Shown: positions 1 through 11,495, numbered from the stretch's first letter. The stretch: 64,000 nt of DNA from Eledone cirrhosa (GCA_964016885.1 OZ024741.1:389360001-389424000); one strand, 5' to 3'. The notes: generated by a model from the sequence alone, not told the origin. Translations and numbers: made by a program.

Positions 1-57
1 ATGTATATATGTATATATATGTATGTGTATATGTATATATACGTTTTGATATGTATG

Positions 58-88
<31 letters not shown>

Positions 89-305
89 ATATGTATATAT
101 ATGTATATGTATGTATATATGTATATATATATATATGTATGTATATATGTATATATATGTATGTGTATATGTATATATATGTATGTGTATATATATATAT
201 ATATATCTATGTATATATGTATATATATGTATGTATATATGTATATATATATATGTATGTATATATGTATATATATGTATGTATATATATATATGTATGT
301 ATATA

Positions 306-338
<33 letters not shown>

Positions 339-351
339 ATATATATGTATG

Positions 352-386
<35 letters not shown>

Positions 387-397
387 ATATATGTATG

Positions 398-430
<33 letters not shown>

Positions 431-483
431 GTATGTATATATGTATATATATGTATGTATATATGTATATATATATATGTATG

Positions 484-558
<75 letters not shown>

Positions 559-596
559 GTATGTATATATGTATGTATATATGTATGTATATATAT

Positions 597-597
<1 letters not shown>
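1..597. repeat. compound (TA)n/(TATG)n microsatellite
   Basis: Directly visible. Similar tracts at ~1207-1417, 6618-6860, 32790-33384, 36806-37245, 37795-38373 and 54210-54430. Confidence 0.98.
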
Positions 598-627
<30 letters not shown>

Positions 628-1205
628 ACGTTTAACGTCCGTGTTCCACGCTTGCATGGGTTTGGACGGGGGTAGTCCCACTTGAGGCAAGAGTGATTGT
701 CTTGCTCGCATAGGACTGTCTGGCAAGTTTTCTACAGTTGGATGCCCTTCCTAACACCAACCACATTTACAGTGTGGGTCTGGGAGGTTTTTACCGTGTT
801 GCCTACACGGCCACATTACAGCGTGGACTGTGTGTTTTTTTGTCGTGACACCTACACGATCTCATTTGTTTCGGCCTGGATGGTGTGGCACCAACATAAC
901 TTTACATAGAACGGGGTGGTGTGGATGGGGGGGGGGGTATTTTGTTAGAGATGCCTACTGGCTGTAGTAGGTTTTACTATGTATTTAGGTAAGGCGGGTC
1001 TTCTCTGTTACTGAGTACCGCCAAAGGTTTTGGTCCAGTGACATTGTCTTGGAGAGGTGTAAGTGTGTGAGGTCGGAGTTTATCAGCTCGTCCCAGGTTT
1101 TTCTAGGTCTGCCTATTCCGTGGCTACCGTCTATCTTTATTGCCCTGCACTTTGTTATACAGCTATCGACTTTCATGCGCATCACGTGTCCATACCTACG
1201 TAGCC
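598..1205 (-). mobile_element. 5'-truncated 3' fragment of the PHD-bearing RTE LINE, with (GAT)n tail
   Basis: Minus-strand translation [45 protein letters not shown] is nearly identical to 49603-49826. The 3' UTR also matches, and a (CAT)n tract lies at 598-626. Confidence 0.9.
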
Positions 1206-1232
1206 TTATATATATATATGTATATATGTATG

Positions 1233-1283
<51 letters not shown>

Positions 1284-1342
1284 GTATGTGTATGTATGTA
1301 TGTATGTATGTATATGTATGTATATATGTATATATATGTATG

Positions 1343-1401
<59 letters not shown>

Positions 1402-1417
1402 GTATGTATATATATAT

Positions 1418-2020
1418 GTCAGGTCACCAGTTGGTGCTACTGGTAACATGTATCCCAGTACAACCTGTCCCATGGTCGTTGGCGACTAAACTGGCAACCC
1501 CACCAAGGTTTCTTGGTGAGGAGGGTGACTATGGACATCCTGCAGGACTAAAAACAAAACCTGTCAAAGGACAAAGGAGCTCTTAAGAGTCAATGGCCAT
1601 CCAAAATCACCAGGAGAGATGACCTCTTAGCCTTTGTCAAGGCAGAATTCTAGGAGAAGGAAAACTCTGATATAACACCTGCAACCCTGATGGTATCCAA
1701 TGATGTTGACTTGTTCTTCTTTTTGGTAAATATCATCTTGGTTAAGAGAGTGGGACTGACTTTGTGCATTACCTTTGCTCACTATAAAAGCTTCACGGCA
1801 CAGGAATTGCTTTATATCTTGAGATCTCTCTGCACTTGTCGTCACATGGAACCATGGGCCCAGCACTATGTGTCAATAATTGTCACAAGTGTAGTGTTTG
1901 TACCAGAGTTTTCAAGTCGCTGGCTGGACTAAAAAGTCACACTCGTTCAGCGCATCGGTAGGGGTTCTCCTACATGGATATAAAGTAGTGGCCGTACTCG
2001 AAAACGAGTTGGCAGCCACC
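1418..2020 (+). mobile_element. non-autonomous bipartite RTE derivative (5' UTR joined to 3' end)
   Basis: The middle part resembles the 5' UTR of the RTE at 14724-14910 (tagcctttgtca...ttctaggagaagg...agagagtgggac). The 3' part encodes an RTE-type C-terminal zinc finger ([23 protein letters not shown]), then a terminal hairpin and (TA)n. Confidence 0.75.
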
Positions 2021-2183
2021 ATATATATATGTATGTATATATGTATATATATATATATATATATGGATGTATATATATATATATATATGTATGTATATAT
2101 GTATATATATATATATATATATATGGATGTATATATATATATATATGTATGTATATATGTATATATATATGTATGTATATATG

Positions 2184-2215
<32 letters not shown>

Positions 2216-2339
2216 ATGTAGGAGGTGAGTTTTATTGTAGTACAATAAAGCAATGCAGATATCGGATAAGAAGCACTCTACAGTTTGTAGGACTGGAGTA
2301 TGCATAATATAAGATCAAAAGATGGTTAAAGGAGTTCCA

Positions 2340-2412
2340 TGTATTTTATTATGCGCATTTCAAAAACAAACATCATCATGCAATAATATTTGTGTTTTCA
2401 TCAGATAAAACA
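2340..2412 (-). ncRNA. type I hammerhead ribozyme (copy in the inverted arm)
   Basis: Reverse complement of 6508-6580. Confidence 0.8.
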
Positions 2413-3618
2413 GGAGAACATGATATGAAGGCTAAAAAACACTTGTGGATAGTGCAGTTTTAAATCTACATATGAAAAGTGGTTTTAGATTGATGTGTGA
2501 TATTGGGAAAAATATTTTATTTAGAGAGGGTGGGGGAAGGATGAAAAAGGGGGAGGAGATGAGAGGGAGAGATGGGTGATAGAGAGAAAGAGATAGCTTT
2601 TATAACTGAGAGGAGATATACTGTCCCACACAGAGAGGTTGAAAACCGTTGGAAGATAATGTATAAACCCCAAAAAAAATTTTTTGAAAATCAACGAAAG
2701 GAGGATATGTGCGAGGAAAAAGTATTTTATTTAAGGAGGGGGGGCTGGAAAGGATGAAAAAAAGGGGGAGGAGATGAGAGTGAAGGTGGAGAGGGAGAGA
2801 TGGGCGATAGAGAGAAAGAGATAGCTTTTATAACTGAGAGAAAGATACATTGTCTTACACAGAGAGGTTGAGAAACCGTTGGAAGATAATGTATAAATTA
2901 AAGGAATTTGAAAATTAACGAAGGGAATTTATGTATGAAGATAGAGAGAAGAAATAATAATTGTGGATGAATATTCTAACGTCAAAAAAAGGTATGTTGT
3001 GGCAATTTCAAAATTAACGAAGAGAAAAATTATTAAGGTTTGTGTGTAGAAGGATTTGAGAAAAATAATGTGAAGTTAAAGTTTGTATATTGGAGGAATT
3101 GATAATATATGCGAATAGAGTTAATATGTATTAAGAATGAGTTCGTTGATGGGGAGAAAAAAAAAAATTAAGGATGAAATTGAGATTAAAAAGATTTATG
3201 AGAGAGAGAAAAAAAATAATGATTGCGGATAAATATTCTAACGTCAAAAAAAAACAGATGTATATGTTATGAATGATTTTACAAGTGAAGATAGAGTGAG
3301 GGTAATGAGTAAACAAGTATTATAGAGTGTATAAAGCCCTTTAAAGTATGGTAGGAAGATGGGTATATTTTAAAGAGGTGTATGTATATGTGCCTTTGAG
3401 AAAAGATTCTAAATTGATAAAGAATTGAATATTAACTGTATACTTTGTGAAAAGTTCTATGGAATTTATGCAGGCAGATAGAAAACAAATCTGTGCGTCT
3501 ATTTATTATAGAATCTAGGTTAGAGATAATGGTAAATTTTTCATTTAGGCAGAGATTACAGATTTTAGATAGAGAGCTGTTCAAGTATGAGGATGCAGAA
3601 GAAATCTTCTTCCAAAAG

Positions 3619-5487
3619 ATGGCATATATAACTCCGAGGATAAATCTCAAGGATCACAAAAACAATTTTCGCACTGAACTACCTGTTAGATTAATCGCCC
3701 CCTCTAAATATGATCTGGGGGTTGTTAGTAAAGCCATCTTGGATAGAATTATCCCACAGGTTAGTTCTAATTGCTCTTCTTTGAACCTAAATTTATGGTT
3801 TGGTACTTCTGAAGTGATTGGCTGGTTCAACAAATTGGATAATAAAAACAAACTAAAATTTATTCAATTTGATATTGCCAGCTACTATTCCTCCATTTCG
3901 CCTTCACTTCTCAATAATGCTCTATCTTTCGCAATTAAATATTCTGACATCGCCACAGATGAACTTCACATCATCCTCACCGCACGTAAAACCATCCTAG
4001 AGTTCAACAACGAATATTGGACCAGAGCCGATACCTCTAACAACTTCGACATCACAATGGGAGCATCCGATTCATCCCAATTGACTGATTTAATTGGTAT
4101 CTTCATTTTGAACTCTTTGAGTCGGAAAATTCCTCAACTTCGCGGTGGAATTTATCGTGACGATGGACTCTTTACTATCCTAAATTGCAATATAGTTAAC
4201 CTTAATATTATTAAGAACAATATACGTAATCTCTTTAACCGACATAACCTAAAAATTGAATTTGATAATAGTATCAAACTAGCTAATTTCTTGGATGTAT
4301 CTCTTAATCTTGACACTGGCCTATATTACCCTTACCATAAAAACAATGAGAACCTTAATTATGTTAACTTTAAATCTAACCATCCTACCAATATCAAGAA
4401 TGCTATAGTTAATAATATTGGAAATAGAATATCTAACATATCTTCTAATAAAAACATCTTTGATGCTAACGCCAATTACTATAATAACGCACTTTCTAAA
4501 GCCGGCTATCCAGATAAAATCAAATATAGTAAAGAAACAAATTCTAGAAAAACTTACAGTAGAATAATTAATCATGACCATTCCAATAATTTTAATAAAA
4601 GACCTAGATACAAAAACATAATCTGGTATAATGCTCCTTTCTCCATCTCTATTAATAACAATATTCCTAAATTATTTTTTAGTGCCTTAAATAAATGCTT
4701 CCCTCCCTCACATATCTATAGTAAAATATTTAACAAACACACCATCAAATTTTCGTATTCTACATCCTCCAATATTTCCAACATCATCTCTAAACATAAC
4801 AATAAAATACTAAATACTAAATCTCTTCCTTCCAATATTGAATTTCATAATAACAGTAATAGTACTCCCGACGTCATTGTAAACCCTAGGCTAACTTCTG
4901 TAAACCCAAATACAACGTCAAACACAACTTCGCTAAATGTTCATAATCCAACTCTAAATCAAGAAACTATTATTCCTATTATTCCTATCGCAAACAACTT
5001 CTCCAATCCAATTCCTTCTATAGATAACACTAGATCACTCATTAATAATCTCTCTAATTGCAACTGCCGCATTAAAAATAAATGTCCTCTCAACAACCAT
5101 TGTCTCGATAAAAACTTAATTTATGAATGTAAAATTATAACTAGCACCAATTCCTTCACCTATTTTGGCTCCACTTCCACCTCTTTTAAAGCTCGTCTCT
5201 ATAATCATCATTCATCTTTCAAATACAAACTTAAAAGAACTAACACTGCTCTCTCAGAACTCATATGGTCCTTAAAAGACAAAAACATTAAATATACCAT
5301 CTTTTGGAAGAAGATTTCTTCTGCATCCTCATACTTGAACAGCTCTCTATCTAAAATCTGTAATCTCTGCCTAAATGAAAAATTTACCATTATCTCTAAC
5401 CTAGATTCTATAATAAATAGACGCACAGATTTGTTTTCTATCTGCCTGCATAAATTCCATAGAACTTTTCACAAAGTATACAGTTAA
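3619..5487 (+). CDS. Penelope-type reverse transcriptase + GIY-YIG endonuclease (N-terminally truncated, uninterrupted frame)
   Basis: RT motifs: VRLIAPSK, FIQFDIASYYSSI, FDITMGASDSSQLTDLIG, IYRDDG, FLDVSLNL. An Asn-rich linker follows. Endonuclease motifs: CNC..CPL..C..LIYEC..YFGSTSTSFKARLYNH..CNLCLNEK. Confidence 0.9.
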   Translation: MAYITPRINLKDHKNNFRTELPVRLIAPSKYDLGVVSKAILDRIIPQVSSNCSSLNLNLWFGTSEVIGWFNKLDNKNKLKFIQFDIASYYSSISPSLLNNALSFAIKYSDIATDELHIILTARKTILEFNNEYWTRADTSNNFDITMGASDSSQLTDLIGIFILNSLSRKIPQLRGGIYRDDGLFTILNCNIVNLNIIKNNIRNLFNRHNLKIEFDNSIKLANFLDVSLNLDTGLYYPYHKNNENLNYVNFKSNHPTNIKNAIVNNIGNRISNISSNKNIFDANANYYNNALSKAGYPDKIKYSKETNSRKTYSRIINHDHSNNFNKRPRYKNIIWYNAPFSISINNNIPKLFFSALNKCFPPSHIYSKIFNKHTIKFSYSTSSNISNIISKHNNKILNTKSLPSNIEFHNNSNSTPDVIVNPRLTSVNPNTTSNTTSLNVHNPTLNQETIIPIIPIANNFSNPIPSIDNTRSLINNLSNCNCRIKNKCPLNNHCLDKNLIYECKIITSTNSFTYFGSTSTSFKARLYNHHSSFKYKLKRTNTALSELIWSLKDKNIKYTIFWKKISSASSYLNSSLSKICNLCLNEKFTIISNLDSIINRRTDLFSICLHKFHRTFHKVYS

Positions 5488-6507
5488 TATTCAATTCTTT
5501 ATCAATTTAGAATCTTTTCTCAAATGCACATATACATACACCTCTTTAAAATATACCCATCTTCCTACCATACTTTAAAGGGCTTTATACACTCTATAAT
5601 ACTTGTTTACTCATTACCCTCACTCTATCTTCACTTGTAAAATCATTCATAACATATACATCTGTTTTTTTTTTGACGTTAGAATATTTATCCGCAATCA
5701 TTATTTTTTTCTCTCTCTCATAAATCTTTTTAATCTCAATTTCATCCTTAATTTATTTTTTTTCTCCCCATCAACGAACTCATTCTTAATACATATTAAC
5801 TCTATTCGCATATATTATCAATTCCTCCAATATACAAACTTTAACTTCACATTATTTTTCTCAAATCCTTCTACACACAAACCTTAATAATTTTTCTCTT
5901 CGTTAATTTTGAAATTGCCACAACATACTTTTTTTTGACGTTAGAATATTCATCCACAATTATTATTTCTTCTCTCTATCTTCATACATAAATTCCCTTC
6001 GTTAATTTTCAAATTCCTTTAATTTATACATTATCTTCCAACGGTTTCTCAACCTCTCTGTGTAAGACAATGTATCTTTCTCTCAGTTATAAAAACTATC
6101 TCTTTCTCTCTATCGCCCATCTCTCCCTCTCCACCTTCACTCTCATCTCCTCCCCCTTTTTTTCATCCTTTCCAGCCCCCCTCCTTAAATAAAATACTTT
6201 TTCCTCGCACATATCCTCCTTTCGTTGATTTTCAAAAAATTTTTTTTTGGGGTTTATACATTATCTTCCAACGGTTTTCAACCTCTCTGTGTGGGACAGT
6301 ATATCTCCTCTCAGTTATAAAAGCTATCTCTTTCTCTCTATCACCCATCTCTCCCTCTCATCTCCTCCCCCTTTTTCATCCTTCCCCCACCCTCTCTAAA
6401 TAAAATATTTTTCCCAATATCACACATCAATCTAAAACCACTTTTCATATGTAGATTTAAAACTGCACTATCCACAAGTGTTTTTTAGCCTTCATATCAT
6501 GTTCTCC

Positions 6508-6580
6508 TGTTTTATCTGATGAAAACACAAATATTATTGCATGATGATGTTTGTTTTTGAAATGCGCATAATAAAATACA
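6508..6580 (+). ncRNA. type I hammerhead ribozyme in the Penelope 3' region
   Basis: UUUUAU-CUGAUGA-[long stem II]-GAAA-UGCGCA-UA-AUAAAA. Stem III is palindromic and the predicted cleavage triplet is AUA. Confidence 0.82.
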
Positions 6581-6713
6581 TGGAACTCCTTTAACCATCT
6601 TTTGATCTTATATTATGTATATATATATATATATGTAGGTATATATGTATATATGTATGTATATATGTATATATATATATATATATATGTAGGTATATAT
6701 GTATATATGTATG

Positions 6714-6796
<83 letters not shown>

Positions 6797-6811
6797 GTGT
6801 ATATATATATA

Positions 6812-6865
<54 letters not shown>

Positions 6866-7554
6866 TTAAATTGACCGTTGCTTTTGGAGGCCATCAGGAT
6901 AGTGAAGAGTAAGTAAAAAGATGGAGAGAGAGAGAGAAACGTGGAGAAAAGAAAGGGAGAGATAGATAAAGAAAAAGAAGAAAGCAAAAAGAAAAGAGAA
7001 CAGAGGAAAAATAACGGGGAGATATCAAACCATCAGACAGAGAAAATATCCAGAGAGAGATATATAGAGATAGAGAGAGGGGGAGAGAACGAAAACCTTA
7101 AGTTATGTCATATTAAGTTGAGTTAACAGTTGGGATGAAAAGCATAAATAAAATTAGAAATATTAAAATTCATGAATGGAATATAGATATATAATATGAG
7201 AAATTACACATTGTTTAATTATGATTAGATATTTAGTTTAAAATTGAGATCAATATATTAAAAATTGGAATTTAAACATTATAAAATATATATATTGCTA
7301 GAGAGATTATCTATCGCATATTACATACACATAGGTAAAGGTACATAAATATATATATATACACACTCACTCAGAAAATACATTCCCTGTGTTATTAATT
7401 GAAAATCAAAAGTTTTTAGTATATATATATAAATATATAGGATTAACTTTCATGCATTTATGGCTGTTAAGTTATGCATATAGCTAAGAATTGTGGATGT
7501 GAATGTACAGGCTTACACATGCAGTTTTTGATTGCAGATATGTATATATATATG

Positions 7555-7612
<58 letters not shown>

Positions 7613-7618
7613 CATACG

Positions 7619-7652
<34 letters not shown>

Positions 7653-7669
7653 CAGAGAGAGAGAGAAAG

Positions 7670-7721
7670 AGTTTCAGAAGATCCCGTAAAAGGGTGAAAG
7701 CAACGATTCTTTGCTTAAACT
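7670..7721 (+). ncRNA. hammerhead-like motif with variant core CAGAAGA
   Basis: AGUUU-CAGAAGA-UCCC..GGGU-GAAAGCA..UGCU-U-AAACU. Further copies at 32475-32550 (+) and 42964-43021 (-). Confidence 0.55.
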
Positions 7722-7774
7722 TTAATCTGTACTTATAATAAATATTTGGTTCTACGGGTGTTTATATATATATA

Positions 7775-7981
7775 CTAGACCACCCGTGACCCGTTGGGGC
7801 ACGTTCTCTTCTAAATATTTTTTTAAATCATGTTCACTTAAAAGTAATTTTTAAATAATTAAAATATACAGACATGTATATAATGTGAAATGAAACTGGA
7901 AGGCCCATATATATATATATGTGTGTGTATGTATATATGTAAATGTCTGTGTTTGTGTACATATATATATATATGTGTGTG

Positions 7982-8016
<35 letters not shown>

Positions 8017-8135
8017 GTGGCGGGGGGGGGGGGGGTGATCTATATACACTGGTCATAGACACACACACACACATATATATATATATACACACAGACACAA
8101 CATCACCAGCTCTCTCTCTCTCTCTCTCTCTCTCA

Positions 8136-8202
<67 letters not shown>

Positions 8203-8502
8203 CTCTCTCTTTCATTCTCCTTCTCTGTCTCCTCTCCCTCTCTCTATGTCTTTTTTTCAATCTACTCTCTCGCAACCACTATCTCTTCCTCCCTAACCTT
8301 CTCCCTCTCTCTGTTTGTGAAGGTACCCAGAAAACTCCATATCTCGGGAACCCGTGCTTCGATTAGGCGAAACTTGTTTTATTCCATTTGTATTCCCATT
8401 TCAGGGTCAACTTCCTTTCAAAGTATTTCCCCACTATGCACCCTTTTGGCTGTATTACACCAAAGACAAGCAAGCACAGACTTTTAGTATTATATAGATA
8501 GA
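7775..8502 (-). mobile_element. non-autonomous Helitron
   Basis: The minus strand starts TC and ends CTAG, with a subterminal hairpin (CGTGCCCC-AAC-GGGTCACG), inserted between A and T. The flanks join into a sequence that is contiguous at 43020-43110. Confidence 0.75.
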
Positions 8503-8548
8503 TAATTCTTATCGAGCCTTATTCGGATTTTAGTCTTCACATTTATTA

Positions 8549-8618
<70 letters not shown>

Positions 8619-8716
8619 AGAGGGGGGGATATATATATGTAGCTATATAGTTGAAAATCACTTCGGTGAAACGCATGTCCTCGAGTATGGTTTTGCTAAT
8701 TTGTTGTAGAACTAAT

Positions 8717-8826
<110 letters not shown>

Positions 8827-9149
8827 GCACTCTGAGATAGGTTTTGCTCGATACACGTTCAAACCATATCTCATTGAGTGAGTAAATGTAAATAAACTAG
8901 GTTATGGCTAATACTAACTATAACCTCGCCAATATATATAACGTGTTTAGGAATATTCAGATTATAAAAACAGATATCCGTCTATATTCAATAAGATTAT
9001 TTCTGTGCATTAAATTGTGTATGTTCCTATTCAGGAAACCTCCTTATAGATCCCGTCTATTTTCCTACTGTAGAGATTTCCTTACAGAATATCACAACCT
9101 CGGACTTAAAAAGCTTGTTTTATTTTCGTGCACTAGATGGATTTCGAAA

Positions 9150-9895
9150 CACTTACTTGAAATGGTGATGGTTGTGGTGAATGTATCTATCCGGAATGGC
9201 GCACGTTTGTGCCTCTCCTGCCAGACCACTAACGACAAGCTCCAACCTCATCGCTAATACCTTGGCCAAAATCTTAAACTTTGTGTTTAGCAGAGTTATG
9301 GGCTTGAAATTATCTATATAGTCCCCTTTGTTCAGATCCTTTCTCAGCAACACCACAGTCCCTTGGCTCACAGAACTGGGAATTCTCAAGTCCTGCTGCC
9401 AGTTAGCTTGAACGTCCGTTAAGATGTTTACTTAAAGCTCCTAGGGCAGACCCTCCAATTCAGGCAATTGTGCAGTTAGCCATCGCGTCGCATATTTCAT
9501 CGGCTGTTATCGGCTTTTCGTGACACTCCGCCTCCGTCACCGAGAGCCGTAGCAAAACATCGAAGGAAGTAGGAACTGAAATCCATCCCTTCATCCGACC
9601 CATCACAGCTTCCGCACACATCTGCTTAGGATTGAGTACCGTGAACCCGTCGTCATCCGCCAAAGACCGAATTGCGGCTTTGTTGCAATACCGCGCCTCC
9701 GCCACTCGGGCCCATCTAACTGTTTTCATCCGCTCGTGTCTAAGAGCACGCGCCTTAACTCTGACAAAGCAGCCTTCGTTCTTCGCATTGAAGAATTCGT
9801 TGAGCGCTAATCTCGCTGCAAGCACGTCGGCTGCAATGCCGTCTCTAATGACCTCTTCTAGATTTCTAACTAGTTCTCCCTCTAGAATACCGATG
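9150..9895 (-). mobile_element. L1/Tx1-like ORF2 remnant
   Basis: GTVVLLRKDLNKGDYIDNFKPITLLNTKFKILAKVLA..QTCAIPDRYIHHN; upstream PITADEICDAM. Frameshifted. Confidence 0.75.
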
Positions 9896-9913
9896 TAATT
9901 GTGGAAGGGTACA

Positions 9914-10037
9914 ATGGAAACCTTAAATAAAATAAATAGAAATCGAAGTATAAAAAGTATAAATTCGTGCGCAAACATGCCACTCGTATGCAAAGATGTA
10001 TACAATCATCTGCATAAAATATTTTGTCAATTCAGAG
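9914..10037 (+). other. candidate (damaged) first coding exon of the tyrosinase-like gene
   Basis: In-frame ATG..SCANMPLVCKDVYNHLHKIFCQFRG resembles the TYR/TRP mature N-terminus (FPxxC-x8-KxCCP) and its phase fits exon 10534. However, the donor reads GG rather than GT and the leader is hydrophilic. Confidence 0.45.
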
Positions 10038-10533
10038 GGATCATTACTTAACCTTAACGGAGCAGAATTTTAAACAAATTTGTATAATTAAATAATATAT
10101 ATAATAATTTCCTGTGGTCAATAAATATATCCTTAAACATCTTTGCTGCATATTTTATATTTCGGAGGATGTGAGAAGTGGGGAACATATTTTATAGGGC
10201 GTTAAGTACCCAGGCGCCGTCAAGACGCGATAGTGGGACGAAGAATGTAACTGGCTGTTCATGTTCTGTGGCAACCAAACCATCGGTATGTAATAACAAC
10301 ATTGATAGGGACACTAATGAAAGGAAAGAGAAGACGATGAAGATCATGGGCCACCAGGCATTGAACCTTTCAGGAGAATATCATCATCATCATCATCATT
10401 GATAAATTTTCGATATGCTAATATGGTATCTATTTTATTAAAGAGTAAATCAATTTCATCTTTGAATTGTGATTTGGAAATAATCCCACCCTTTAAATCA
10501 ATACCTTATTTATTTACAAATTTCTAATTTCAG

Positions 10534-11495
10534 GAGATACACTTCCATGTGGTGGTCCATTGCGGGGTTTGTGCCGACCAATAGATTTTACGAACGAGGT
10601 TGACCTAGTCCCTCCTACGAACAAGATGGATGACCGTTTTAACTGGCCAACACGTTTCTTCAAGAAAGCTTGTGACTGTCGTGGTAATTTTATGGGTTAC
10701 ATGTGCCAACACTGTGACTATGGATTTACAGGGCCCAATTGTATCAAAAAACTTCGTCGCGTTCGCAAAAATTACAAGAAATTAAGTACAAAAGAGAAAA
10801 ATGACCTTCTCCGTGGTATATTGCTTCTGAGTGAGACGGAAAGTGAATATGTAGTTTTGGACACGACTGCTTCAGTTGATCCTACAATAAATCCAACATT
10901 TGTTAATGTGTCAATCTACAATTACTTAGCTTATTTCCATTATTACGTAGCCAGAAGAACACTTATACAGCCTTTAGAAGCGTGTCAAGCAATATCCTTC
11001 GTACCCGACTTTGCTCACGGAGGACCAGTATTCAGTTCGTGGCACCGGGCCTATCTTTTACTTTGGGAGATGGAAATTGCAAGAGTTCTGAATAATCCAT
11101 CGTTTTCTTTCCCCTACTGGAATTGGACTGAGTCAGGTTCTAACTGTGATGTGTGCACTAATGACTTCATGGGCCACACACCTAATAATTTAAATGGAAC
11201 GCTGGATACTTTGTCTTTGTTTTCTGACTTTTCTGTATATTGTGTACCGAGTTTGGGTGGTTGTGCCGGTTGCAACATGACTACGCCGAGTAGCAGGATT
11301 ATTCGACGCCCGGGTAACAACCCTGACTATCTTTCAATGCCTACTTTGGAAGACATGAATTTCTTGAAGACTATTAGCAACTATGACACATTACCGTACG
11401 ACGTACGCAGTGGTAATAACAGCTTCCGAAACTTATTGGAAGGGTTTGCTGATAGAAATGGACCATCCGCCGATAAGATGCACACTCATAATCAG
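10534..11495 (+). CDS. tyrosinase / tyrosinase-related protein (type-3 copper protein, Cys-rich), internal exon
   Basis: Acceptor tttcag| and donor CAG|gtaggt. Motifs: CGG..RGLC, DDRFNWP..F..CDCRGNFMGYMCQHCDYGFTGPNC, CuA HYY..DFAHGGPVFSSWHRAYL, PYWNW, CDVCTNDFMG, SFRNLLEGF, HNQ. Confidence 0.93.

Larger units (their letters stand above)
2216..6617 (+). mobile_element. Penelope-like retroelement, 5'-truncated, with ~1.32-kb inverted terminal arms
   Basis: 2303-3622 is the near-perfect reverse complement of 5297-6617. The ORF carries RT and a C-terminal GIY-YIG. Flanked by (TA)n on both sides. Confidence 0.93.

Noticed and set aside
1-685. Long YI/MYV/CV/HT-rich ORFs here and at ~2029, 6602, 32145-33490, 36669-38496, 45117 and 54182
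   Set aside because: These are translations of stop-free (TA)n, (TATG)n and (CA)n microsatellites.
3493-3622. N-terminal 43 aa of the 664-aa ORF
   Set aside because: This is the antisense reading of the inverted arm (same as ORF 5208-5426 -), not part of the native protein.
2303-6617. Large DNA transposon with long TIRs
   Set aside because: The arms include GIY-YIG coding sequence and a hammerhead and enclose an RT. There is no transposase.
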